Shown one piece after another: positions 18,632-28,822 of a DNA stretch of 64,000 nt. The position numbers and the translations under genes are program-made. This stretch comes from an uncultured Candidatus Actinomarina sp. (GTDB taxonomy: Bacteria > Actinomycetota > Acidimicrobiia > Actinomarinales > Actinomarinaceae): contig CACGVI010000002.1 of assembly GCA_902576605.1 (NCBI GenBank), positions 7,422 to 71,421 on the forward strand, in the 5' to 3' direction. Each line of letters starts with the position of its first letter. Within the stretch, counting starts at the first letter, position 1. The notes beneath the pieces were generated by a model that had not been told where the DNA came from, did no database searches, and saw only the letters and a list, made by a program, of their open reading frames with translations.

Positions 18632-18787
18632 ATGAACAACAAGCCTAAATGCTCAAACAAAAGAAGGTTTAATTCTGAAAATGAAGCAAGAAAAGAAAGA
18701 TTGTTTGTAGAAAAAGAATACAGCAAAAAATTTAGAATATACTTATGTACATTATGTCAAGGATGGCATTTTTCAACAATTAATTAA
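18632..18787 (+). CDS. small zinc-ribbon-like protein (51 aa)
   Basis: Below the track cutoff. ATG 18632 gives MNNKPKCSNKRRFNSENEARKERLFVEKEYSKKFRIYLCTLCQGWHFSTIN with TAA at 18785..18787. Three Cys (one N-terminal plus CxxC) and a GWH motif. It ends 2 nt before uppP. Confidence 0.45.
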   Translation: MNNKPKCSNKRRFNSENEARKERLFVEKEYSKKFRIYLCTLCQGWHFSTIN

Positions 18788-18789
18788 TT

Positions 18790-19554
18790 ATGATTGATAT
18801 TTTATTTGGAATAATTCAAGGAATCACTGAATTTTTACCAATTTCTTCAAGCGGGCATCTTTTAGTTTTGTCAGAGTTGTTTAAAGACAACATTTTAAAT
18901 ACATATGAGATAGCATTTTTACACTTGGGAACATTTTTTTCAATTTTAATATATTACTTCAAAGACATTTTTGAGATCTTAAAAAACCGTAATTCATTGA
19001 AACAAATTTTTAAACTTATAGTTATAGGTGTAATGCCGGCTGCAGCTTTTGGATTATTTTTACCAATAAGTAATTTAATTGATGAAAGTAGCGTAATTTT
19101 AGTAATAACGGCATTGGCTTATGTGTTTATTGCAGGTGTATTATATTTTGCTGACAAGCTAGAAGAGGGAGGTAAAAGTATATTAGATCTCTCAATAAAA
19201 GAATCTCTAACAATAGGATTTGCCCAAGCCCTTGCACTATTTCCTGGAGTATCAAGAGCAGGTATAACTCTAAGTACAGCATTGTATTTGAAATTAAAAA
19301 AAACTGAAGCAATATTCTTTTCACTTCTTCTTGGATTACCCACAATTTTTGGAGCTTGGCTTCTAACATTCATGCAGGCTACAGAACCTCTTGATAACAC
19401 TTTATGGATTCCTTGCATAGCTGCATTTCTTTCCGGACTAGTTGCAATTAGAGTACTTATTAATTTTACAGTTAGTTCAAAATTGAATGTGTTTTCAATT
19501 TATTGCTTTTTAATGGGTTTAGTTTCGCTAGGAACTTACTTAATTAATCTTTAG
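18790..19554 (+). CDS. uppP: undecaprenyl-diphosphate phosphatase
   Basis: 254 aa with EFLPISSSGHL and PGVSRAG motifs. Confidence 0.9.
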   Translation: MIDILFGIIQGITEFLPISSSGHLLVLSELFKDNILNTYEIAFLHLGTFFSILIYYFKDIFEILKNRNSLKQIFKLIVIGVMPAAAFGLFLPISNLIDESSVILVITALAYVFIAGVLYFADKLEEGGKSILDLSIKESLTIGFAQALALFPGVSRAGITLSTALYLKLKKTEAIFFSLLLGLPTIFGAWLLTFMQATEPLDNTLWIPCIAAFLSGLVAIRVLINFTVSSKLNVFSIYCFLMGLVSLGTYLINL

Positions 19555-20598
19555 ATCAATCGGTTTCTTTTTAGGTTGAAATTTTAAAATTTCATTTGCA
19601 ATTTCAACAATGCTCTTAAAGTTTGGATTATCTTTAAAAGCAAATAAATTACTTCCTTCTGAAGCAACAGTTATTTCTTCTAATAATGGTAGTTCTCCGA
19701 GAATTGGTACATCAAGTTTCTTAGATAGATCTATTCCTCCACCCTTACCAAATGGATAAAGTTGATTTCCCGCTACTTCCATATATGACATATTTTCGAT
19801 AACTCCAATAATGCTTGCATTAACTTTTTTAGACATAATTCCTGAGCGCTCTGCAACCATTGTTGCATTTGTTTGCGGAGTTGTAACAACAATGTTTTCA
19901 AAATATTTTAAAAATTGAGATAAAGAAATTGAAACATCACCAGTACCAGGTGGCATATCAATAAGTAATATATCCACATCTTGCCATAAAACTTCGAATA
20001 AAAATTGCTCAATAGCTTTATGAAGCATTGGCCCCCTCCAGATGACGGCCTCATCTTGTTTTACAAAATATTCCATTGATATCACACTTAAATTATTAAT
20101 TTTTGATGGAAAGATTCTTTCATTAAATGGAATTGGAGGAAATTTAGCACCTAAAATCTTTGGAACAGAGTAGCCCCAAATATCTGAATCTAGAATCCCA
20201 ACTTTCTTACCAAGTTCATCAAATGCAATACCAAGTAATGATGTTATAGTAGATTTACCAACACCTCCTTTACCAGAGGTAATTCCTATAATTCTTTTAT
20301 TTTTATGAAAGTTGTTTTTTAAATCTTCCATATCGGTATCTGCACCAACAATTGCTGAGACTTCTTCAATTTGCTTTTCTGACGGAGTTTTAAACTTAAT
20401 TTCTAAATCGTTATTTTCATTAATCCTTTGACGTAACACGTCTCTTACCCATTCAATCTCAGTAAAGTCAAGAATTTCGCATGATTTTTTCTTTAATTTT
20501 GTAATAGCATTTAGCTCTTCAAGGCTTTTATTAAATCCGGGGTAATTTATGTCTTGAATATCCATGATTAGTATTGTATTTATATTAGGTAATAACAT
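19540..20598 (-). CDS. Mrp/ApbC-family Fe-S cluster carrier ATPase
   Basis: ITSGKGGVGKST P-loop, IDMPPGTGD, and an N-terminal DUF59-like region. The start may be the internal Met. Confidence 0.8.
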   Translation of the reverse strand: MLLPNINTILIMDIQDINYPGFNKSLEELNAITKLKKKSCEILDFTEIEWVRDVLRQRINENNDLEIKFKTPSEKQIEEVSAIVGADTDMEDLKNNFHKNKRIIGITSGKGGVGKSTITSLLGIAFDELGKKVGILDSDIWGYSVPKILGAKFPPIPFNERIFPSKINNLSVISMEYFVKQDEAVIWRGPMLHKAIEQFLFEVLWQDVDILLIDMPPGTGDVSISLSQFLKYFENIVVTTPQTNATMVAERSGIMSKKVNASIIGVIENMSYMEVAGNQLYPFGKGGGIDLSKKLDVPILGELPLLEEITVASEGSNLFAFKDNPNFKSIVEIANEILKFQPKKKPIDLKIN

Positions 20599-20604
20599 TA
20601 CATT

Positions 20605-21099
20605 ATGATTAAAAGAAATTTACTGCTCATACTTTTAACAGGGCTTATTGGTATTGCTGTGTTAAATGCCTCAAGCTCTGATGAGGAAACTACCACTATT
20701 TCAGATATAAATAATGGAATTAAAGTTGAGTCACTAAAACAGTTGAATTCAATAAATGTTGACCAAATCAAAACAGATTTTATCATTCTTAATCTTTGGG
20801 CTAGTTGGTGCATTCCTTGTCAAAATGAAGTTGATGAATTGTTAAAAATTTCCAAACAATCAAATACAACAGTCATTGGTATTCTTGTTGATGACTCACC
20901 ATCAAATGGAAGAGAATTTATTAAAGTCAATAAAATTTCTTATACAAATATATTAGAAGAAGAAGAGTCTGATATTGTTTTATCTCAATTCAGCTGGACT
21001 GGAATACCAACTACCCTAGTTTTAGATAGAAATCTTATAATCTTACATACTCTAAATGGAGAGATTACAGCTAATGAAATTATTGAATTAACTAAATAG
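20605..21099 (+). CDS. TlpA/ResA-like membrane-anchored thiol:disulfide oxidoreductase
   Basis: 164 aa with a signal anchor, LWASWCIPCQNE, and a cis-Pro region GIPTTLV. Confidence 0.75.
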   Translation: MIKRNLLLILLTGLIGIAVLNASSSDEETTTISDINNGIKVESLKQLNSINVDQIKTDFIILNLWASWCIPCQNEVDELLKISKQSNTTVIGILVDDSPSNGREFIKVNKISYTNILEEEESDIVLSQFSWTGIPTTLVLDRNLIILHTLNGEITANEIIELTK

Positions 21100-21130
21100 C
21101 CATTGTCTATGAGTTGTTTATAATTTGTAT

Positions 21131-21268
21131 ATGGACGCAATATTATTTTGGAGAATCTTTCTTGTTTTAGGAAGCTTGGCTTATCTTGGTGCTTCTGGAT
21201 TATTTGCGTTAAAGTTACTGGCTGCTGCAACAGGTAGAAAGCGAATAATAGATTTTTTCATCAGATAG
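21131..21268 (+). CDS. possible 45-aa single-pass membrane peptide
   Basis: ATG 21131 gives MDAILFWRIFLVLGSLAYLGASGLFALKLLAAATGRKRIIDFFIR with TAG at 21266..21268. Support comes only from its hydrophobic profile and position. Confidence 0.25.
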   Translation: MDAILFWRIFLVLGSLAYLGASGLFALKLLAAATGRKRIIDFFIR

Positions 21269-21270
21269 AT

Positions 21271-21347
21271 TGGTAGCGGGGGTAGGATTTGAACCTACGA
21301 CCTCTGGGTTATGAGCCCAGCGAGCTACCAGACTGCTCCACCCCGCG
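21271..21347 (-). tRNA. initiator tRNA-fMet (anticodon CAT), CCA encoded
   Basis: The reverse complement is CGCGGGGTGGAGCAGTCTGGTAGCTCGCTGGGCTCATAACCCAGAGGTCGTAGGTTCAAATCCTACCCCCGCTACCA. It folds as a cloverleaf with a C1:U72 mismatch and three G:C pairs closing the anticodon stem. Both are hallmarks of bacterial initiator tRNA. Confidence 0.95.
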
Positions 21348-21391
21348 CTGAATTACTAATATTAATAAGAATTAATTTAAACTCAAGAAAT

Positions 21392-24205
21392 TTAATTGTT
21401 ATTTAAAAGTTCTAAAGCAAGATCTACATACTGTTGAGCTTGTTCAACAAGATTTTGATATAAACCTAAATTTCCATTCAGTAATTCTTGCTGCGCCTTT
21501 TCAAAAGCAGTGTTTGCTTTTTCGAGAAGCTCAAGTGCACTCTCACCTTCTGTATCTTCAATATTCTCAGTCAAGAAATCTCCACCAAATACACTAGCTA
21601 AGGCTTCTGACAAAGATTCCTCCATAATTATTCTGTCTTGAAAAACAACTACAACAAATTTAAATTCAGGTAAAGGATTCTGCTCACCTTGGAGATAAAT
21701 AGGTTGATAATAAAGAATTGATTGATTTATAGGAACGACAAAAAGATTACCTTTTATGACACTCGAACCTTGCTGATCAAGAAGAGTAAATATTTGTGAA
21801 ATATCAGGGTCCTGGTTAATTCTTGTAGCAACCTGACTAGGTCCATCTACAAATTCTCCTTTTGGAAGCCTGAAGTCAATTAACTGTCCATAGTTTTCGG
21901 GATCTGCATCTGCGACTAAAAATGACTGCATGTTTGGTCTATTTTCTGGATTAAAAGGTTGAAAAATTAAATAGCTTAAATCACTTTCTCCAGGCAAGCT
22001 CATTAATAAATAGTATGGCAACATTGGTTTGAATCCTATCTCAGTGAATTCTCCCCTTAAAGTAGCAACTCTTGGAGTTGTTGATGAATCAGATGGTATT
22101 ACCCAAGGATCTTCGTCGGCATAAAATACTCTTGGATCAGTCATATGATAATCTCTATACATGTCGGATTGGATTGTAAATAAATCTTCTGGATATCTAA
22201 TATGCTCTAGCAACTCAGTACTCATAGCACTTTTTGGTGTAAACAGATTTGGAAAAATATCGTTGTAGGATGAAATTAACGGATCTTCTTCATCAACAAC
22301 ATAGAAATTCATTGTACCGTCATATGCATTGACGACTGCTTTAACCGAATTTCTTAAATAATTAAAGTTAATAGGGAGGCCAGAATTTTCATTAATTCTT
22401 CTTGTATCAGCTGGTTGAGCATATGGATATTTGTCAGACACTGTGTACATATCAATTATCCAAAATAAATTTCCGTCTATTAATGCCAAATATGGATCAT
22501 TGTCGGTATATAAGAAAGGGGCTGCCTTTTTAACCCTACTAACAACATTTCGTTCCATAATTAATTTTGAGTCATCAGAAAGCTGATTTGAAATTAATAA
22601 ATTTAACTCACTATATCGCAATGCAAACCCAAGTCTTCTAAAAAATGAACCTATTCCAACACCACCATCTCCTGAGTAATTTGTGTAAGCTACTGACTGA
22701 CCCTCTGTTGACAAAGGATAGTCGACTTCGTCCTGTAAAGAGTTTACGACCACATATTCAACTGATTCCGCTGATTCCCCGAAGTAGATTCTTGGTTGTT
22801 CAACCTCTAACTCACTTACAGTTGTAGTTGCAGGCACACCTTTAACATAAAAATCTGGTTGACCTTGGCTTGCAACATTGTTTGCGGGACTAAAAACTAC
22901 ACCATAACCATGTGTGTATTGAAGCCTCTCATTGACCCAGCCAACTGCTGGCAAGTTTGTTTGGTCTAATTCTCTGGCTGAGACCATAACCTGTGTTAGC
23001 TCACCATTTATTCTATACCGATCAACATCTACTTCATCTAGTGCATAATATGCCCTAATCTCTTGAAGCTGACTATATGTTTCAGCTAAAACAGTAGGAT
23101 CCCAGAGTCTAATGTTGTCTACAGTCTGAGAATTATCAGATATATCGTTATCTGTAAGATTTGGAGAAGCTTCAAATGATTTTTCTTCAATAATATTTAA
23201 ACCGTAGGCAAGTCTTGTATAGTTGATATGATTCTCCACATAAGGAAGTTCTTTATTTAACTCATCGGGAACAACTCTAAATCTTTGAATAGCTGCGGGA
23301 ACAACTCCACCAACTATTATAGAAACAGCAAGCCACAAACTTATTGCAGTAGCAGGTAACAACCAACCTCTTCTTCTAATGTTGACTAGAAGCAACACTG
23401 CACCAAACAATGAAATTAATATCAGTAAATTTAAAGCTGGTAAGTGCGCAACCACATCTGTGTAGCTAGCACCAAATACTTTTCCTCTTGGAGAATACAG
23501 CAGTTCCATAGAATCTAATCTATAAGCAAATGCTTTGAGTATGGCTATAAATGCAAGCAACACAGAAAGATGAGCTTTTGCACCACTACTTACTTCTGGT
23601 AATCTACCTGGACGAAGCTGAAGAGCTCCTGTTGCAATAAAGAATAAAATAATTATAAACGAAGAAAAGATGACTAATTGAAATGCCCAGGAGACAAAGA
23701 GTCTATATAGTGGTAATCCAAAAATAAAACTTGATACATCATATTGAAAAACAGGATCTGTAATTCCAAAAGATTTTTGGTTTAAAAATAATAAAACCTG
23801 TTCCCATAATTGAGAAGCTCCAGCACCTAGAAATAAAGAAAGACCAATAGCGCCCCAAAGTCTATACTTTAAGAAGCGCTCATTAAAAAATTCTCTAAAT
23901 CTAGATAATGGATCTTGAGATTCAAATGATTCAAAAATATCCATAACTGGCGTTGCTCTTACGGCAAGTCTTAAATTAATAAAAATAAATGCAAATGCTA
24001 AGAGAGATGTAGCGGCTACGAGAGCAGATTTGGTTAAAATAATTTTTAACCAAACTGAATTTAATTCAACTGAATCGAACCATAAATAATTTGTAAAAAA
24101 GGTAGCAACAGCTCTTGCTATTGAAAACCCGATAATTCCAACAAAAACAAGAAAAGATAATCCTCTTCTTTCATTACCAGTATTCGCACCGCCAATATTT
24201 ACCAT
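21392..24205 (-). CDS. UPF0182-family large polytopic membrane protein
   Basis: 937 aa with about 7 N-terminal helices and a large soluble domain. The N-terminal FFTNYLWFDS motif and the adjacent PDZ/Lon gene match the actinobacterial pair. Confidence 0.75.
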   Translation of the reverse strand: MVNIGGANTGNERRGLSFLVFVGIIGFSIARAVATFFTNYLWFDSVELNSVWLKIILTKSALVAATSLLAFAFIFINLRLAVRATPVMDIFESFESQDPLSRFREFFNERFLKYRLWGAIGLSLFLGAGASQLWEQVLLFLNQKSFGITDPVFQYDVSSFIFGLPLYRLFVSWAFQLVIFSSFIIILFFIATGALQLRPGRLPEVSSGAKAHLSVLLAFIAILKAFAYRLDSMELLYSPRGKVFGASYTDVVAHLPALNLLILISLFGAVLLLVNIRRRGWLLPATAISLWLAVSIIVGGVVPAAIQRFRVVPDELNKELPYVENHINYTRLAYGLNIIEEKSFEASPNLTDNDISDNSQTVDNIRLWDPTVLAETYSQLQEIRAYYALDEVDVDRYRINGELTQVMVSARELDQTNLPAVGWVNERLQYTHGYGVVFSPANNVASQGQPDFYVKGVPATTTVSELEVEQPRIYFGESAESVEYVVVNSLQDEVDYPLSTEGQSVAYTNYSGDGGVGIGSFFRRLGFALRYSELNLLISNQLSDDSKLIMERNVVSRVKKAAPFLYTDNDPYLALIDGNLFWIIDMYTVSDKYPYAQPADTRRINENSGLPINFNYLRNSVKAVVNAYDGTMNFYVVDEEDPLISSYNDIFPNLFTPKSAMSTELLEHIRYPEDLFTIQSDMYRDYHMTDPRVFYADEDPWVIPSDSSTTPRVATLRGEFTEIGFKPMLPYYLLMSLPGESDLSYLIFQPFNPENRPNMQSFLVADADPENYGQLIDFRLPKGEFVDGPSQVATRINQDPDISQIFTLLDQQGSSVIKGNLFVVPINQSILYYQPIYLQGEQNPLPEFKFVVVVFQDRIIMEESLSEALASVFGGDFLTENIEDTEGESALELLEKANTAFEKAQQELLNGNLGLYQNLVEQAQQYVDLALELLNNN

Positions 24206-24231
24206 GTTTATATATTATTTATCTCTCGTGT

Positions 24232-25254
24232 TTAACGTGAACTATACTGTGAAATTACTGTTAACGCTTCTTTAAAAGTATCCACAGCAACTATTGCTGT
24301 TTTATCAGTTCTATATTGTCTGGCCTCTTCAAAATTAGCTACTGGAACAAGAATTAGTTCTGCACCAGCTCTTTTTGCTGCAATTATTTTTTGCTTGATT
24401 CCACCTACTGGACCGACAGAGCCGTCTATTTCAATTGTTCCGGTACCTGCAACAATCATAGAATTTGTTATATCTTCGGGAATTAAATTATTGTAAACAT
24501 TTAAAGCCATCATCAAGCCTGCTGATGGCCCTCCAACGTTTCCTGTTTTAATATCTATTTCAAAGGGAAAGTCAAACCTTTCATTTACAGTTGTGGCAAG
24601 AAATCCAACCATAGGTTCACCTTCATATTCAACGTGTTCAATAAGGGTGGTTTCTACAGACATTGTCTTCAAATCTCCATCTACTTCTCTTATCAAGCCA
24701 ATTGAGATAGTTTCCCCAATACTGTAAGTCCTTAAAGTGGAAATAAATTCAGTTGTAGAGCTAATTTGTTTGTTATTAATCGAATTCAATAAATCACCTT
24801 TTTTTAACTTGTCATATACCGGCGAATCATCAAGTAAGCCTACAACTGAAACACCCTCACCTTTTGAGCTTATTTCATAACCTATGTTATTTAAAGCTAC
24901 AGCAATCGCAATATTCTCCGATGTTCTCATATTTTGGATACTTATTTCACTAAGTTCTTTTGGAGTAACACCATCTGGTAAAATTACCTCTCTTGGGTAT
25001 AAATCATATGAATCAATCATTAAAGACCAAACATAAACTAATGCATTTGCTTCGTCTCTCCTGACAGTTAATTGGAAAAGATTGCCTTCAAATTCATAAT
25101 TTTCAATATTTCCGTATTCAATATCCCATTGATACGGTGGACCAGGGGACATAAAATAATATTCGGTTTTTACTAAGGACAATGAAGAAATTGATATAAA
25201 AAGAACAAGAAAAATAATTAAAAGCTTTTTATTTTTTTTAGACAATTTGTACAT
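24232..25254 (-). CDS. membrane-anchored PDZ domain plus Lon-type (S16) protease domain protein
   Basis: 340 aa with GDLLNSINNKQI (PDZ), GPSAGLMMAL (catalytic Ser) and GGIKQKIIAAKRAGA (catalytic Lys). Confidence 0.8.
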   Translation of the reverse strand: MYKLSKKNKKLLIIFLVLFISISSLSLVKTEYYFMSPGPPYQWDIEYGNIENYEFEGNLFQLTVRRDEANALVYVWSLMIDSYDLYPREVILPDGVTPKELSEISIQNMRTSENIAIAVALNNIGYEISSKGEGVSVVGLLDDSPVYDKLKKGDLLNSINNKQISSTTEFISTLRTYSIGETISIGLIREVDGDLKTMSVETTLIEHVEYEGEPMVGFLATTVNERFDFPFEIDIKTGNVGGPSAGLMMALNVYNNLIPEDITNSMIVAGTGTIEIDGSVGPVGGIKQKIIAAKRAGAELILVPVANFEEARQYRTDKTAIVAVDTFKEALTVISQYSSR

Positions 25255-25271
25255 AGATAAATAATAGATTT

Positions 25272-25309
25272 AATAAAAAATAAAGAGCCGGTTAAAAAAC
25301 CGGCTCTTT
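25272..25309 (-). terminator. rho-independent terminator after the ABC substrate-binding gene
   Basis: Reverse strand: AAAGAGCCGG-TTTTTTAA-CCGGCTCTTT followed by ATTTTTTATTA. A 10 bp perfect stem. Confidence 0.8.
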
Positions 25310-25327
25310 AAATTCAATATTAAAAGT

Positions 25328-26716
25328 TTATGAACAAGGTCCTCCTGACCAGTCATAACCTTCTCCTGTTGGACCAGTATATCCACTATTTAAGATTGCT
25401 GTTCCACCAGGTAATGCACCATTTGGCGTGGTCATAACGCTAACTGGTGTTTGCACATTAGCTCCGAGTGTCTTTGATGGGAACATTCCATCAGAAGAAA
25501 CTGGAACATTAGCTGCTGCTCTTCTTATACCTGCCCTTGTAAGATCAGTTCCTTTTATAGAAGCCTCAAGAGCACTAGAAATGTGCTGTTGTGAAGCCCA
25601 ACCAGCAACTATATAGACGCTAGTTGATTCAACACCTGCTCCAGCTAAAATATTTCTCATATTTTCATGTCCTGGTGTTTCTCCACCATAAGGAGCAAAA
25701 ACGGAAGAAATATAAAAAGCTCCGGATTCAAACAGATCTTTCACTGGTGATCCTTCGACAACAAATTGACCTGAAAATGATGGTGTTGCCATCATAGTTA
25801 TTGGTACAACTCCATTTTGTGCCGCACCACCAGCCAACTGTGCCATACTACCAGGATCAATTGCAGGAAAGTATGCATCTACAGGTTTAGTTACAAGCAA
25901 GCCAACAGCCTGTGTAACGTCAAATTGTCCTGGTGCATATAAATACTCCCAAGCAACCTCAACGCCTCTAGCTGCAGCTGCAGTTTTAACTCCAGCAGCA
26001 TAATCAAGACCATAATCATCTTGTTGTGCAACTATACCAATAGTCTTTATGTCAACCGGTAAGTTATCTAAACTCCAATCGAGACCATTCATACCATCTG
26101 CACAATATGTTGAACCATATTCAATGATAAGACCCTTATCAACTGCATCAAAAGACCAGCCAGAATACCAACTCAATGGAGCCGCAAGCATATTATCTTT
26201 ATCTAATTCGTCAAGAATAAATAAAGTTAATGGCGTTCCAAGTGACAATGCCAATGCAGCAACGTCATTTCTCATTGCATTGTATTCTTCTAGATGTTTT
26301 TGAGGATTATATCCGGTGTCTGCTGCCTCTCTAACAGCTACACAATAATCACCTAAACAACCTGTTAGGTTTTTCCAAGCCCAATATGACCTTATGCCAA
26401 CTTCAACTGGTAAACCAGCAGCACCATAAGGACCTGTATAATCGCTTAAAATTCCAAGGTAAATACATCCTTTTGCTTGATCAGCATTTGTAGGAAATTC
26501 ACCTATTACCTCAGGACATGGCTCTTCAGTCACACCAAAATCTGTATTTACGGATTTTGCAGTTGTGACTGCTGGCGAATCAAGAGTTTCTACTACTTCT
26601 TCAACAACTTCTTCTGTTGCTTCTTCTTCAGTAGCACCTCCGCCACACATTACCATGATTAAGGCTAAAATTGATAATATAATCAGACTTCGCTTACGCA
26701 AAGAAATTGAATTCAT
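25328..26716 (-). CDS. ABC transporter substrate-binding lipoprotein (LIV/Peripla_BP_6-like)
   Basis: 462 aa. Signal peptide ending VMCGGG with a Glu/Thr/Val-rich linker. It is the last gene of a livF-livG-acs-livH-livM-SBP operon. Confidence 0.65.
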   Translation of the reverse strand: MNSISLRKRSLIILSILALIMVMCGGGATEEEATEEVVEEVVETLDSPAVTTAKSVNTDFGVTEEPCPEVIGEFPTNADQAKGCIYLGILSDYTGPYGAAGLPVEVGIRSYWAWKNLTGCLGDYCVAVREAADTGYNPQKHLEEYNAMRNDVAALALSLGTPLTLFILDELDKDNMLAAPLSWYSGWSFDAVDKGLIIEYGSTYCADGMNGLDWSLDNLPVDIKTIGIVAQQDDYGLDYAAGVKTAAAARGVEVAWEYLYAPGQFDVTQAVGLLVTKPVDAYFPAIDPGSMAQLAGGAAQNGVVPITMMATPSFSGQFVVEGSPVKDLFESGAFYISSVFAPYGGETPGHENMRNILAGAGVESTSVYIVAGWASQQHISSALEASIKGTDLTRAGIRRAAANVPVSSDGMFPSKTLGANVQTPVSVMTTPNGALPGGTAILNSGYTGPTGEGYDWSGGPCS

Positions 26717-26719
26717 TAT

Positions 26720-26728
26720 CCCCCCCCC
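26720..26728 (-). repeat. G9 homopolymer (C9 on the plus strand) 3 nt upstream of the substrate-binding protein ATG
   Basis: Read directly: ...atc ccccccccta... The reverse strand is GGGGGGGGG-ATA-ATG. Confidence 0.9.
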
Positions 26729-26774
26729 TAAATTATTAGTACTAATGATTTAATAATACTAGGAAAGTCGGAGG

Positions 26775-27878
26775 TTAGTAGGAAAAAGGCCAAGCTTTAA
26801 AATAATTGCGTAACCTAAACCAAATCCCCCATAAACCACGAGGTTCAAATATAAGAAAAACAATGATAAATATTCCAAAAACTAGCCTTTCAATTTGTGC
26901 AAGATTTAGTAAAGATGATTGTTCAAATAATCCAAAAAAGTGAATAATCTCTTGAATTACTGATGGCATCAATATAAAAAAGAAACTACCGAATAATGGA
27001 CCTAATACTGTTCCTGCACCACCAATAATCACAATTGCTATAAATGTAACTGAATACACAAAATTAAATTGGTTAGGTTCAACTCCACCAGTGAAGGTAA
27101 AAAGTAACGCTCCACATATACCTGCATAAAATGATGAAATAGCGTATGCAATTCCTTTATATCTAAGAAGGTCAACACCGATAGCCTCAGCTGCAATATC
27201 CCTATCTCTAATTGAAAAAAAAGCTCTGCCGGTCTTTGTTCTAGCAATATTTTTTACTCCAAATCCAGATAAAATAAGTATCACTAATGAAAATAGGGCA
27301 ATTAAATTATTTTCATTTAAAACAAGATTGCCTATTGTTATTCCATTCTCAAAATTAAATCCTAGAAATACAAAATCAGGTGATTTTCTTCCAAGGCCTG
27401 ATCCGCCGGTTACAGTCCTAAAGTTTTGAAAGATATGTAGAACAAAATAAACAATTCCAATACTAAATAAACCTAAATTTAACCCTTTTAATTTTGAAGT
27501 TACTGGAGATATCAAAATACCAAAAAGCATGGGCACTATACCGGAGAGAGGGAGCCAAATAGCCATATCTAAGCCATAAGACAATACACTTGAACCAATA
27601 TTACCCCCCAAGACAAATGCAGTATACGTACCAATTCCAATAAATGCTCCATGGGCCAAACTTATTTGTCCTGCAAAACCAGATACAATATTTAATCCCC
27701 AAGCACCAATAGTTGTCATCATTGCTAAAGTTAATAAAAATAACCAAACATCATCAAGAATAATTAGTGTGTAAATGGAAATTAAAACTCCAAAAACTGC
27801 CCAGAATCTTTGAACTCTATTATTGAAAATTCTATGTTCTTCTTTGTATGAATTATAAAAATCTAATCTATCTTTCAT
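26775..27878 (-). CDS. livM: branched-chain-type ABC permease (LivM family)
   Basis: 367 aa polytopic protein with GQISLAHGAFIGIGTY. Confidence 0.8.
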   Translation of the reverse strand: MKDRLDFYNSYKEEHRIFNNRVQRFWAVFGVLISIYTLIILDDVWLFLLTLAMMTTIGAWGLNIVSGFAGQISLAHGAFIGIGTYTAFVLGGNIGSSVLSYGLDMAIWLPLSGIVPMLFGILISPVTSKLKGLNLGLFSIGIVYFVLHIFQNFRTVTGGSGLGRKSPDFVFLGFNFENGITIGNLVLNENNLIALFSLVILILSGFGVKNIARTKTGRAFFSIRDRDIAAEAIGVDLLRYKGIAYAISSFYAGICGALLFTFTGGVEPNQFNFVYSVTFIAIVIIGGAGTVLGPLFGSFFFILMPSVIQEIIHFFGLFEQSSLLNLAQIERLVFGIFIIVFLIFEPRGLWGIWFRLRNYFKAWPFSY

Positions 27879-27880
27879 TT

Positions 27881-28822
27881 TTAAACTCTTTCAACCTCTT
27901 TAGTTCCAAATAAGCCTTCTGGTTTCACTAACAAAATAAAAAACATGATTATATATGGAGCAACAGTAGAAAAACCAAGACCTAAATTTATATCAAAATA
28001 TTCCTCTATAGAGTACTGGTAGTAACCAGCTAAGCTTTGTGTTACTCCAATTATAAGTGACCCTATTATTGCACCTGGTATAGAGTCAAGTCCACCAATT
28101 ACTACTGCAGGCAATGCACGAAGCGCTAAAACAAAACTAAGTTGTGTTAACGTATTAAATCCACCAGTAAATACAAATCCTGCAATAGCAGCTAACAGTC
28201 CTCCGATAAACCATGCAAGTCCAAAAACTCGTCCAACATTAATTCCCTGGGCTAATGCAGTTTCTTGGTCGAAGGATGTTGCCAACATTGCAAGACCATA
28301 TCTTGATTTTTTAAAAAATAGATTTAATAAAAGTATCACAATAAAGGCAACGAATAAACCCGCCATTTCCAAATATTTGAAATTAAATTCTCCAATGCTA
28401 AAAGAACCAAAATTGCCATAAGAAGTGAAAGAATCACCTAAAAATCTTGGCTCATCTCCTATCCAATCATCCAAGAATGTTCTTATCAAAATATCAACAC
28501 CAATAGTTATAACAGCAACAGAAAATACTGGTTCACCAACCATTTGTCTCAAAACTGTTCTTTCAATTAAAAGGCCAACTGCACCGGTAAGAAATATACC
28601 AATTAGTAATGATAACCAAAAGTTTATCCCTGCTTCAGTTGCAAAATAGCATATAAATCCTGCTCCTAATGCAGCAAGAGCAGGTTGTGCAAAACTCAAA
28701 ACGTCAGTAGCTTTAAAAATAATTACAAAGCCTAAAGCTACCAATGAGTAAACAGCTCCAAGTGCTATTCCTTCTATAAAGACTTGAATGAAAAAAGTCA
28801 TATTATTTATACATACTTTCAA
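27881..28822 (-). CDS. livH: branched-chain-type ABC permease (LivH family)
   Basis: 313 aa polytopic protein adjacent to livM. Confidence 0.8.
   Translation of the reverse strand: MKVCINNMTFFIQVFIEGIALGAVYSLVALGFVIIFKATDVLSFAQPALAALGAGFICYFATEAGINFWLSLLIGIFLTGAVGLLIERTVLRQMVGEPVFSVAVITIGVDILIRTFLDDWIGDEPRFLGDSFTSYGNFGSFSIGEFNFKYLEMAGLFVAFIVILLLNLFFKKSRYGLAMLATSFDQETALAQGINVGRVFGLAWFIGGLLAAIAGFVFTGGFNTLTQLSFVLALRALPAVVIGGLDSIPGAIIGSLIIGVTQSLAGYYQYSIEEYFDINLGLGFSTVAPYIIMFFILLVKPEGLFGTKEVERV

Noticed and set aside
21271-21347. The tRNA gene considered as a possible integration hotspot.
   Set aside because: Both flanks are core genes (a TlpA-like oxidoreductase and UPF0182). There is no integrase and no duplicated tRNA 3' end nearby.
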